Origin: Klebsormidium nitens
Lineage: Eukaryota > Plantae > Klebsormidiophyceae
Reading direction: 5' to 3'
Assembly: GCA_000708835.1 (NCBI GenBank)
Contig: DF237199.1
Location: forward strand, 58,207-122,206
DNA: 64,000 bases
The first letter of the stretch is position 1. The number at the start of each line of letters is the position of its first letter. A program made the position numbers and the translations under genes. The notes beneath the pieces were generated by a model. That model searched no databases. It had not been told where the DNA came from and worked only from the letters and a program-made list of their open reading frames with translations. This document shows positions 11,143 to 23,414 of this stretch, piece after piece.

Positions 11143-13715
11143 TCAGGGGCCCTGCTTGCTGCGCTTGAACGGGCTTGCCCCAGAATCTTCCGACTTTAGC
11201 GGTTTCGACTTCTCGTAGGGCGCTTTCCAGTTCTGCAAAGACAGCAAGGAACTAGCTCAAAAGGCTTGGTAGAAACAAATCGGGGAGAGTGCGGATGCAA
11301 ATGCAAGTTGAAAGCCGACAAAGGAAGTCAACGTAGACTGAAAAGGGTGTTCGTTACCTGCTTCAAACCTTACGATCCTGTACAATCTGAAATGAATGGA
11401 CGGAAGAGATAAGTTCGAACGTTCACAATCTGTAGCCTCTTTCTGAAGACTTCTCGAACACGCCAAAAACAATAAGAAAGTCGGCAGCTGCATCGGCAAA
11501 GATGAAGACCTGCAACCGAGCTTCGTCATCTACGAAGCTTGCGAACTTGACCTGTGTGTACCTGCAGCGGCGCATCCACCATCTCCGGAGTGACGTAGTT
11601 GGCCAGCAGAGTCAGCGCCGCCTCGGCATCGCAGGAGAGGGAGCTCTTGGCGGCGGGCAGCGGGTCGTAGAAGCCGTAGGGCCCCGCCACCTTGATGTCC
11701 AGGTCCATGTTGCCAGGCGTGAGGCTGCGCGCGGTCACGCGCAAACCGAGGACCACCTTGAGGCTGGTCAGGAGCACCCAGGCCTCCTTTGGCTCGTCCT
11801 TGTACACGCCATGCGCCTCATTTGTCTCGATGATGGCCACGCTCTGGAAATCGAACAGAAAACATCATCGAAGAATTTACAGATTGATGCTGCAGGATTA
11901 CTAGATTGTGATACAAGATCAAGCGCTGCTCGGAAAACTTTCTGCCAGTGAGTGAATACATTCGAAGGGGGTGTACCTCACGCAGAACCTAAGGCTGTCT
12001 CTAAGCGTCTAAACTCCACAACTTCAAAACCTCTTACTTTTGGACGAGTACAGGACACGAGAATCAGCTTGTTCCGATAGATTGAGAGGCGAGATCGAGT
12101 GATTGGTCAGGATGAAAATTGGGTGTGAAAATTGCATAAACAAACATACAAGAGAACGTCTGATTTAATCCAGGTGCAAACCCGAAGTGCAATTCGATTT
12201 TCAAGCCATCAAGCTGCAGTTGCTTGCAGACTTTTCATCTCAGCAGAATAGAAAGATTTCAGGATCTCCTATCTACCTGGTTTTGTCCAATGGTCCCTTC
12301 CCAGCGAATGCGGCCCCTATGATGCGCAGCAACCTTGTCAGAATCATTGCAGTGATTGGTCAATACATCTGATACCGGACAGATGTTTGTAAATCTAAAA
12401 GAAGTCTGCTGCGAAGGCGTTGCAAAGGCTTGCCTTCGCAAGTCCTTGGTACAAGGATTCCACCACGGCCTCCTCCGTTGCTTCGATGTGGACCACTCCG
12501 TATGTCCTTTTCTTGGTCGGATCCAGAATCTGAATGTCCTCTGTGTCTCCTGCGCTCAAGTACCCGCAATGGCCAATAAGTGCATCCAGAAATGCGCCTG
12601 CGTCCTGCAAGGAATAGGATTTGTGTCCACAAGCATCGAACTTTCATGCTTGCGACTGCGCACTGAAAGCTTCTGGTTGCTCGACTGGAAGTGGAAGCTT
12701 CGGCCATCTTTGGCATGTGAATTAGCAAAGATCGGGAAAGCCATCGGCGTCTTCCCAATCATCCATACATGATGGAGATTATTCTGAGAAGCAATCGTCA
12801 TGCTTTCATGCATGTCAGCTTGCTGGTCATCTGAAGGTTGCTTTGCTTTGATCAAAAGGTTTGATCTTACCTCGCCAGTATCTTGATCGGAAGTCTTTGG
12901 TCGTGAAGAGTCCCCTGCGGACGCAACCGCGAGCTTCTTGGTCCCACCGAGTCCCACGACGACTTCGAAGAGGAACTCTCTGAGCACGGCATGCATTGCG
13001 TAGAAGCGAGCTCTAGCAGAAACCTTTCCCTCTGGAAACGATGTGAATGTCTGCCACTGCAAGATTGTTGGCAGGCAGCGCTCTTTCAGCATGTATCTGT
13101 CGACGCCTTCTTGCAGCTCTATGATCTGATCAGTAGCGATTCCTGACTGGCCAGCCTCGATCTCAGCCTGCAGATTTGTTCGCACACTCAAAAGCGGGCT
13201 ATCCCACATGAGACCAGAATCTTCGTGGACTTTCAGCTCAGAAGGAAACTTCTGACAGGCTTCACGGATTGCTTCAACCTTCTGCGCCACGCTTTGGCCG
13301 CAGAACTTGTTCACATACATTTTGGGGAAGGGCTTGAATAGATCTGCGAGTTTGAAGTCTGGCCCACGATTCTCAAGCATCTGCTTCATGTTCTGCAGGA
13401 TCTCTAATGCAGCCGCCATTCTGAACTCTAATTCCAGAAATGAGTGATCGGTAAGCAGGCTAGTCAAGTTTTTTCAGCGCTGGCAAATTTCTCTGAACGG
13501 AATCGCCTATACCTGTAGCGCAGACCACTTGGCTACTGCATGCTGCGATAGCGCTTGCGAAGAAAAATGGAAGCAACAGGAATGAAGTAGAATACAACCC
13601 AATAGAGAGCTTCTATCTTACCTGTGCTTTGAGCCTGGATCCAACTTATAGCGTCCAGAATCACTTTCCGGCCAAAATCCTGTTCATGAAACTGAGCAAG
13701 CCAATCGCACTTCCC
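11143..13715 (-). CDS. Orphan multi-exon protein of unknown function; 5' end uncertain
   Basis: Exons about 13715-13622, about 13427-12871 (in-frame ATG at 13419), 12604-12434 (GC donor AAG|gcaagc), 12333-12277, 11843-11562 and 11232-11143 (stop TGA). The 3' exons are phase 0 and the last coding exons are GC3-rich. Confidence 0.7.
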
Positions 13716-15330
13716 CTGCCAAACAGCACAAAAAAGTGGGGTCAATGAAATCAGACGGCCCGCAGTAGTAAGGAAAGCCTGAGTTGTAACTGGTAAGCCA
13801 TGGTTACTTCGATGCCCGCTGATTGCAAGTTTACTATGCTGACTCGACATCGGATCAGTGCGCGAACGATTGCCACGTGCTTGAATTCCATTGCATCGGT
13901 AGCGATGGTGGCGATCTGTCGGGGTCGGCGGTGCGATGACGGCTTTCACGCACTGCATCGAGTCAGATCAGCTCATCCTCTGCCCTGCATCTCCTGAAGA
14001 GGTGTGGAAAGGACTAATCGCATGCTGTTCTCATGGACGCTGCACCCTTTAGCCCTGTAGACTATAGCGAGCAGAAGTATCACAAATCCATCAGAAAGCA
14101 ACTCCCACTTGGACACTGGAAGCGTAATGATGGGTTTTCCTCTCGTACGGGTTCCACTTTGAGATTCGTGCCTGAGCATGATACTTCCACCGTTCGGAAA
14201 GACCATGCAAGCTGCATCGCGCATAAGAATCTCGCTTTGGAAGTCCTGATGAACATCGTTAAGACGTATTCCATGAATTGCTGAACCCGCATGGAATGCG
14301 CCGCTGAAATCGTATCAAAAGCACTTCCCTTTACAAGCTGTTCCCACAGGCTGTTCCCGTAAGTTACAAGGCTGCATCCCACTTGCCTTGATTGGTGCCA
14401 GCATTGCAGTCTGTCCGAGATTCTTATGGGCGAGAACAAATAAGTACGCATACTGGTTAGACCTGACAAACCAGGGTGCTGATCCAGATGGATGCGATAC
14501 ATTTTCCCTGTGACTTCCGTTTAGTCGCTACACGAGATCCAGAGGGAGGGAGGTTCTCGATGCAGAGAAGTCGTTTTGGTGCTCCTTGCGGAGCAGCAAC
14601 ACTCAAAACCGTGGTACTACATAGCGCCTCTTTTAATCGGCGCCCATACTAGCTCATGAATGGTCATGGGCTTGAATCTTGAAAGAATTCACATGTCACA
14701 TGCACACGGAGATTGGTAGAACATTGGTCATCAGCAAACACTCTCCACTATTGGAGTAAAGTCGCCAGATAGAAGTGGAACAACAACGAAATTCGATACC
14801 TTACATATCCGTAATACGAACCCTTTCAGAATCTTCGACTATTCATAACACTCTCTCCCTTTCATAAGCGACACGCTTCAGGTACAGCGCAAAGCACGTA
14901 AGCGATCTGACGTGAAATCCGAATGAGGGCATGCGTTTCAAGTCGCATAATTCATCATATTGAAAAACTGAATTGGACGCTTTCTACTTAAGTGTACCAT
15001 GAGCTTCTCGAAAGTTGTTTCTCCAGATGGCAAAAAAGTCCAAATCTGCAAGAAGATGCAGACATGAAGGCTGTATTCTTGCACCGTTCACTACAAATAT
15101 CAGAACTCATAGAGAAGCGGCTGAGACACTACTTTGACTATTTGCGGCCGTCCGGACCGCTCTCTGCCTTTCGCAAGCATTGAAGACCTCTCCAACGTCC
15201 TGTGGCCATTGCATACCTTCAAAGGATCCTCTGCGCACTTCCAGTTCCAGGTTCCAGGCGTGCAAACCGTGCCGTTTAGTCAAACCAAAACCCTTAAGAA
15301 GCAATCAGCCGCAGCTGGGGCGGCGGCAGG

Positions 15331-18300
15331 TCACGGCACCAGGATGACGGAGCCCTTGTTGTGGCGGCCCTCGAGGTACGCGTGCGCCCCGGCCGCATCC
15401 GCGAGCGGGAACCGGGTGATCTCGGGGATGCGAACGCGGCCGCTGCCCAGCTCATTCAAGGCCGCCTGCAGGGGTAGGAAACTTTTGTTATTTAGGTGTC
15501 TTGAAGTCCATCGCATTTCATTAACCTTTGCTTACCAAAAAGGCCGTTCTTTGCAGAACGTGCCGCTTCTGCAGGACTCGGGCGCCCGCAGGGGCACCAG
15601 CTTTGAGAGCACGCAATGGACCGTTTGGTGGTGAACCAGCTACCGTCAGCTCCACAGATTTGGGACCTCAGACCTTCTTGAGTCAAACAATGAAGACACC
15701 CGAAGAAGAAAGTGGAGGCCAATAATGTAGATTGAGCAACAAAAAAGCTTGGCACTCTTTCGCGTCAACTTCCGCTCCGATAGAGCATGGAATGTCAACG
15801 AGAACGAAACCTCGAGTGAAACTGATTCAAAGACAAAATGGACACTGAACGGGGAACAGGCATCCGGCAAAGCTGCAGTTCGAGAGCTGCCCACCTGCGC
15901 GAACTCGACGTACTCCTCGCGTGTTTTGATGTAGTTGAAGAGGGCCGCCTGATGCACCGAAATGTGACGGCGGTTCAAGTACTCCTGCCGCAGGTCTTCC
16001 GGGTCGGGCGGGCCGGAAGCGGAACCGAAAAGAACCTGGGAAATGAGGTCGGAAGGTTCAGTAAAAATGGGGTTGGGGACGAAGAGCAAGCTTCTTTCTT
16101 GAGAGGGCTTTGCTTCCCCAGAGTCATGACTATTAGAGTTACAGGTCGAGGTTCATGCGCTCAAAGTTTATCGAGCGTGGAAGCGGTGGAGTTTTTCGCT
16201 TTCTGTGCCCCTGGCTCGTATGAAACTACTTTGTCTGGTAGACCTCGAATTATCTCGTCGATCTGTCGCCTCCAGGACCCATCAGAATCTTCAGAAGCTG
16301 AAGCAGACCTGCTCGAGTATGACCAAACAAAAAACTTAGCTCGTCAGGTTCGCGAGGACCGGAGATCTCCCCGGGCCGTCCTGATGCTTCGGTTCATCTA
16401 ATTATTGCTCACCAGGTGTCCGTTGTCGTGGAGGCTCTCGAGGGACGCCTTGACGGTGGCCTTGCCCACCGCGTCATACACGACGTCAGCCATGTGCCCC
16501 TTGGTCGCCTGCTTGACGCCCTCCGCGACGTCCTCGCGCGTGTACACGATCACGTGGTCGCAGCCGTTCTCGCGCGCGCGCGCGGCCTTCTCGTCGGATC
16601 CGACGGTCACGATGACGTGCGCGCCCAGGCGCTTGGCCCACTGGGTGAGCAGCGACCCGACGCCGCCCGCGGCCGCGTGGACCACGACCCCTGGACCACG
16701 ACCCACTGGCCCGCCTTCACCGGGTACCTGGACGGACAGCAGCGCCCTCAGAAACGGAGACAAAGTTTATTAGGGGACCTGAATTACCCAGACTGGTTCA
16801 AGGATGGAACTGCTTTGCTTGCCGCCACGTATATGGCTTTGTGCTTAGGTTGATAGCAAGCGGTCGAACAAAGTGAGCACTTTTTGATTGCCAACTCAGC
16901 TGGTATATTTGACAGAGCATTCGAGCAGACGCAACACCACCATAGTTCCCCTGACGCTGACGGAGCTACTCCGTTCCAACCCATTATGCTTCTTAAGCGG
17001 CGACCAGCAATGGAACACTTCCAGCGTCCTGATCAACTGAAGACCTACCTGTGATTGAGGGCGTTTGTAAGTCGAAACTCTTACAGTGGGTTCAGGACTG
17101 ATACGCAGTCGTGCCCTTCGACCACACTTTGCTCGGGCTTTGGTATTCAAGGCAGCTTAATTCTACCGTCGTATTTCCCTCCTGACCTTTGTCTCTACGG
17201 AAAGCATCCTGACCGACTGCATAATTCTGCTTCGAAGTAAATACCGAATCAAACCATTGATTCTGCGGTCGGCAAAACGAGGACCGTTNNNNNNNNNNNN
17301 NNNNNNNNNNNNNNNNNNNNNNNNNNNNNNNNNNNNNNNNNNNNNNNNNNNNNNNNNNNNNNNNNNNNNNNNNNNNNNNNNNNNNNNNNNNNNNNNNNNN
17401 NNNNNNNNNNNNNNNNNNNNNNNNNNNNNNNNNNNNNNNNNNNNNNNNNNNNNNNNNNNNNNNNNNNNNNNNNNNNNNNNNNNNNNNNNNNNNNNNNNNN
17501 NNNNNNNNNNNNNNNNNNNNNNNNNNNNNNNNNNNNNNNNNNNNNNNNNNNNNNNNNNNNNNNNNNNNNNNNNNNNNNNNNNNNNNNNNNNNNNNNNNNN
17601 NNNNNNNNNNNNNNNNNNNNNNNNNNNNNNNNNNNNNNNNNNNNNNNNNNNNNNNNNNNNNNNNNNNNNNNNNNNNNNNNNNNNNNNNNNNNNNNNNNNN
17701 NNNNNNNNNNNNNNNNNNNNNNNNNNNNNNNNNNNNNNNNNNNNNNNNNNNNNNNNNNNNNNNNNNNNNNNNNNNNNNNNNNNNNNNNNNNNNNNNNNNN
17801 NNNNNNNNNNNNNNNNNNNNNNNGAGGACCGTTCAAAGGACCTACCCTAAGTTGCGTCTTGGGACTCCGGGTCACTCACGCGTGATACAGCAGCATGTAG
17901 ACGGTCATCCCCTTGAGCAGCCCCGCGGCTGCCGTTTCGTCGTCCACGCCGTTGATCTCGGTGTTCGGGTAGAAGCGGCTCAGGTTGATGCACCGGTCGG
18001 TGCCCACGTTGCGCTCCTCCGAGTAGGCGCCCTGCTCGCGGGTCAGGTACGTGACGTGGTCGCCCACTTCGTAGTCCTCCTTGGACACGTCTGCGGAGGA
18101 ACGGAAAAGTTGGTTGACAGAAAGCGAGCCAAGCGCAAGCTGGCAGTAGAAGGAAAGGTTCAGACTTCCGATTGCAGCATTCTGAGTGGAAACATTAACG
18201 GACGAAATAGTCATTCGAATAAGTTCGTGCAGATTTCATGGTGCGCTACTTGATCTTCTCTGTCCCAACCTCGTGGCCATCTTATCAAGCCGTGGGCACG

Positions 18301-19301
18301 GGCCACTTTTCAAAAGAGAAGAAACGTAGCACAAGCTGGCTGAACAGTTCGATGTGGATTGCTCCGCCTTAAACGCGAACATTTTGTTTGAAAGGCCAAC
18401 TGCAGCTTCGAATGCAACATCCAGCAAAGACTGAAGATTCGTAGAAGTTCCAAGAAACATACGAACAGTGCAATCACTACTCATCTCGGCCTCCAGAAGC
18501 TCCTAACCGGCGACGAAGGAGGCTTTCGAGACCAGAAGATTTCAAATGCTCCTCAAAGAACAGGTCGTTCAAACGAGTTCGCTTTTTCACAGTCTTTGGC
18601 CGGAAAGAATGCAGGTCAGGAGCCTGATGCAGCAGGAGTGACGGAATCCTGTGTCAGCGCTAAAGGCAATCAACAAGACAACCGGCTCGTAATTTCTAGA
18701 AGCAAATTCGTTCTTTGCGTCTGGGCCGCTCCATGCACGACGTCGCCCTTCGCTTTTTGAGTAGCCCAAAGCAGAACGCACATTCACCCCGCTTTCGGAG
18801 CCCCCACCTTAATTTTTGTTTCGACCCAGCCTCATGAACGTTTCGATCCTGTTCCTTTTAATAAGAGCGAAGCACCTTTACAACAACAGCCCGAATAAAG
18901 TGAGAGACCTCAAGTCACAGCAACGGCAATGGAAAGCAAGCGGCGCAAGGGGTGGTAAAAAAGGAGAGGCAAGCAAAGCCCCAATATATCTGAATAGGAC
19001 ATTGAGCACAGCGTTCACATTGTGTAACATTGGCACGTCAAACTTTGCGACCCAAGGTCCTCAGCCCACCTTCGCCTAAGCCTGTGATGGGGCCCGCCCC
19101 CTCGAAGCCCAGAATGTGGGGGTACTTCTCCGGCTTGTACCCCCCCTCCCCGCGCCGAATGTAGCAGTCCACGAAGTTGACCCCACTCGCTGCATGCCGC
19201 ACGCGCACCTCGCTTCCGCCCAGGGGGTGCCTCTCCTTGATGTCCTCGTACTTGAGAACGCTGGGGGGGCCCGGTTGGTGTATAACTGCGGCTTTCACCA
19301 T
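15331..19301 (-). CDS. qor: NADPH:quinone oxidoreductase (Qor/zeta-crystallin-like MDR family); frameshifted in exon 3 as assembled
   Basis: Exons 19301-19070, 18090-17880, 16727-16413, 16035-15895 and 15465-15331. Motifs GVNFVD, GFEGAG, AAAGLLKGMTV, VHAAAGGVGSL, VVYDAVG, FGSASG and AHAYLEGRHNKGSVIL. A 14-bp duplication at about 16678-16704 breaks the frame. Confidence 0.92.
17289..17823. other. Assembly gap (535 N) in intron 2 of qor
   Basis: Run of N, flanked on both sides by the identical 10-mer gaggaccgtt (17279-17288 and 17824-17833). Confidence 0.99.
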
Positions 19302-20974
19302 TGTGCTCGTCTGTTTGCTTACAATGTAACGCTCATGCACAGTCTGTTGCAGCAATCCTCGAGTCTCTTTGAAGAGGACGCCCTGGTAATCTGGCCGCCC
19401 TCAGTCGTTTTGCCAACCCGCATGGCACTACTAATCTGGTAAAACGAGATTCGAGAACATCTTCCAAAGGGTGGTGCACATTAGTGGATTGTCGCAGATG
19501 ATTGCGCAAGCTCCGCAATTATATTGAGCGCGCCTTGGACTACATGCAAAGTTGAAGAAGCGAGATGGAGTGTTGCCCCTCCACGGATCGAACGGATCGC
19601 GAGGCGGTGTCGTTTGCCAAGCCCACCAGATTAAACCTAAGACAAAGTAGAACGGTTATATCAGAAGCCGGGGCTGGTTGGAAGATGATCTGGGCGAACT
19701 TTCGAAGCCGGTCACAGGATGGATGCGGTCGGACGTTCGCCGTTTGAAGCGACTCTACGAAGCTCGTCTCGACGAACCGACAGCATTGACGTTGAATCTT
19801 CATGCGGCAATCAAGTCGAGTCCAGTGATGCTCCAAGTCGCTCAGTAACTGACGTTGGTCTCTATGATCGACTGCAGAAAGAGTCTTGACGTCTTAGGCG
19901 GCGCGCGCTGTAAAGATATTGTCCAGCTGGCGAACTGGTAATTCTTAATCGAGCGAGGCGCCAACAATCACCATGATCATGATGATGCAGATGTCGACGT
20001 ACTTCTGACGGGCTTGCCGTCAAGCTCGCTTACGTAGCGCTGTATCAGTGTATGGCGGTGGAGAGACTTGGACAGGGGCCCGGACTCGACCTTGCAAACC
20101 TTGCATGGAGTCCGAGTCCGACCGAGTCGGACATTCTAAACTCAAGAGGGTTTTAATCGAATAAAGCCACCTGGCTATGCTCGGCACCGCGCGGCGGGCC
20201 GCGGTACGTACGGCCCGGGAAGCTGTGAAGTGCCGACCAATTTCCTGGCGTCGGCAACGGGGTCTCGTGACCGTCGGATGCTCCTTGAATCTCCGATCGG
20301 ACGGTGATGGAACTCTACCGAAACTTCTCCGTCTGACGAAAATTACGAAATTTGCTGACACGCCGGGATTCTGTACACTGAATCCAGCTGTGAACCTTCT
20401 GGAGCGCATCCAGAAAGTGCATCATGGATCTTGCGCGACATGCACATCTTCCATGCAAGTTTGTTACACCTTCTACAAGCTGGGAGGAAGACTGCTAAAA
20501 GCCGCTTTGAAGAACGTATCTGTTGAGCTGCTGAAAGAGACGATACAGCGAACACAGTGTCTCCCGGCGTGTGGAGTCAGCTGCAGGTTGGTCTCAACAT
20601 CACAGCATTGCCTAAATCAAGTCCGAGAAAACCATCCAATCGGCGGGTCCTCTATCTTAGCTGGTAGTATAAAAGCGCTGTGAGAAATTGTCACTAGTCA
20701 CTTGCAGATTTCCTTGCAGAACAACAGATACACAATCAGCTTTGTGATTGAGCAGCTCAACGTCACAAAAGGCCTTGCTTCTTGTCAGTCTGCTTTTGCT
20801 GTCAACGGCAAGCCTGCCAGCTGCCAGCTTCTTGACCGTCACTGCGAATCAGAGTCGCCTACTTTTCCTTTACTCGCTTAATCTTTGCCCTTTTTCAAGC
20901 TAGCTCTCTGCCAGCAGGAGGTTTGTTCGACCAGCTCTTCCTTCTTCCAAAGTTTCTCGACAGACCACCCCAAA

Positions 20975-23414
20975 ATGGGTGTGGAAGTTCACCAAGCAAA
21001 TGGGGCGCACGCTGACGAGTCCCCCGCCAGCCCTCATGTGGAGACAAAGATCCGGTACCTGGTGCCTCAGAGCCACCAGCTCGTTGAGTACACATACCAA
21101 CCTGAAAACGGGGACCCGCAGACAAACGGCAAGTATGAGCTGAAGACAGTCAAGATTGGAGACCTGAAGGCGCTGGCGGCGTCAGAGGGCTTATCGGTGG
21201 ATAAGCAGGGCTTTACAATCCTCGAAAACAGGTGGGCGAGTCGTTCTGAAGAATGTACAGATTGGATGGGGCTCTGAGCCATAGCTTCAGGTTATGTGTA
21301 GCTGTGTCGGGAGATTCGTTTACGTATGTTTGTTGGCGCGCTGGTATATTTGCCACTCAGGCATCACAGCAAGCTTTTTCTTGCAACCACAGTAGTGGAC
21401 TCAGTCAGCTGGGAGCCAGAAGTTAAGTGAAGTCAGTGATCTGCAACCAGTTGGAAGATGGAAGATTCACGTTGAATATATGGGCTGCCACCACCCTGAT
21501 TGAATGTGCTGACACCGCACTTCATGAGCCTTACGGCTCAACTGCAAAGCCACCGATGGAGCTGCTGGGTATGTCTGGGTCTGTCCATGTCACTTTGCCT
21601 CTATCGCACCTGCTTCTGCCACTAACAACAACAAGTGTCTCTGGTTGCAGGACCCAGGTGAAGGACTGGGACAATGTGGAAGAGATTCAAAAGGTGTACT
21701 ATCCAGAGGCTATAGAGCTCGTGAAAGCGGCCACAGGGGCATCCAGAGTGTTCATCTTTGACCATACAATTCGGAAGCAACCAGAGCAGAAGGTCCCGGA
21801 CGGCGAAGCGTGAGCTTTCAAACCAAACGTCTTTCCCTTTCAACCATTGCAGAAGCCTGCTTAGTCTGCACTGTAAAGATGGTCCACAGGTACTCCGATC
21901 AGGCCAGTTCTATCAAGCTTGGTTAGTCTGCACTGATTGACATTGTCCACAGGTATGCGGATCAGGCCAGTTCTTCCAAAATTGGGTTTCTGTATTATTT
22001 AAAGTTGGCAAAGAAGCAGACCTTCTTTGTTTTGCTGGGTGGACTTCTTTAAGTGTGTTGACACCCTGGGGCTGCCTGTTCCTGCACTGTTCCAGCTCTA
22101 TATTTGGCAAGTCCTATTGCTACAGAGTTTTCATTCACAACGCCTGTCGATGTGTTTCTTAAACTTGATAGTCTTCCCATACGCAAGTGGTCGTGTCAAT
22201 TACACTCAGGCCATACTTTGTTTGGAACAGCGGGAACGTGAACCGGGATAAGGTAGGCAAGCGGGAGCCAGTGAGGAAGGCCCACGTGGACTACACGGTG
22301 ACTTCCGGACCCCAAAAGATCCAGCAACTCATGGGCGACGAGGCGGAGAAACTGCTGAAAGGGCGCTTCGCCGAGGTCAACGTATGGCAGCCGCTGCGGG
22401 TGAGGCCGACCTTTCAAATTGAACGACGTTCAGATCCAGCAAAAGGAAAGTCGGATGCATACTTACATGTTCAGTGGGGCAGCAGAGGGATTGCAGAGGC
22501 CTCAGGAAGCAGCATGTGGGAGCGATTTTGAGGCAGTGCTTTTCTGGCGCGTTGAGTTGAATTCGCTCAGCCTCTTTGCCCTGTAGTGCACTGCATTCAG
22601 TTCACCACCGGGCCGGGTGTCGGTTGTTATGTCCTCATACGTATGTACTCAGCGGCGGATGTGGCCTCGTCAGTCCAGCGAGGCAGCAAATTATCGCTTG
22701 TGCCTACCGTTCTGACTTCGTTCGCTTTTCTTCATTCTCAGGGCCCGGTCCAGGACACACCCCTTGCTGTTGCGGACGCCCGGAGTATTCCGAAAGAGGA
22801 CTTGGTCCCGACCAAGATTGCCTTCCCAGGACGGTGGGGGGAGGTTTACAGCCTGACTCACAAGTAAGCCACTGCGAGCCACTTGCTCGGGTCGAAGTAA
22901 AGGCGGGGCGCCCGGTTTTGAACGCTCGACGATCTCTTACTGAGGCGAATAGAGGGCACCACCACGTTCGAGACAGTGAGCTGAACGATTTGCTCGGGAA
23001 GATGTGAAAGTTTCATCGTAACCGATGGAGCTCGAAGGTTCGTGGATGAATTGTGAAGGTTTGTCAGAGGAGTCATGAAGAACTGTTAGCAAAGCGAGTT
23101 CAGCTTGTGACCACAGCTTGTGACCACGGCTTCCAGTTCTTTCTTTCCTCGATTTGATTTCTCTCATCGATTTGCGAACTGACGTTCGTTGAACTCACAT
23201 TTGCCGAACTGCTTCTGCCAGTCCCGCGCACCGGTGGTACTACATCCCAGAGCAGCGCGCGGAGGAGGCCCTGCTGTTCAAGTCGTACGACTCCGTCGAA
23301 GACGGGTCGGTAGCGCGGTTCACCGGCCACAGTGCTTTCGACCACCCGCACGCCCCTGCAGATGCGCTGCCGCGGCAAAGCATTGAGACGAGGACCTTGG
23401 TCTTCTGGGAGTAG
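20975..23414 (+). CDS. CmcJ/NvfI/AsaB-like oxidoreductase (Fe(II)/2-oxoglutarate-type; fungal GA4-desaturase-like family)
   Basis: Exons 20975-21231, 21651-21809, 22231-22399, 22742-22863 and 23222-23414 are phase-compatible. Family motifs LSVDKQGF, VYYPE...ATGASRVFIFDHTIR, AHVDYT, VNVWQPL, PLAVAD, HRWYY, LFKSYDS and HSAF...RQSIETR. Confidence 0.88.

Noticed and set aside
13960-15200. Short ORFs, e.g. 14080-14502 (-) and 14992-15183 (+)
   Set aside because: No motifs and no consistent splice chain could be built; they may be further 5' exons of the orphan gene or noncoding.
17249-17875. ORFs of 208 and 197 aa
   Set aside because: Artefacts of translating through the N gap.
21882-21975. About 30-bp imperfect direct repeat in an intron of the CmcJ-like gene
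   Set aside because: A local intronic duplication with no evidence of function.
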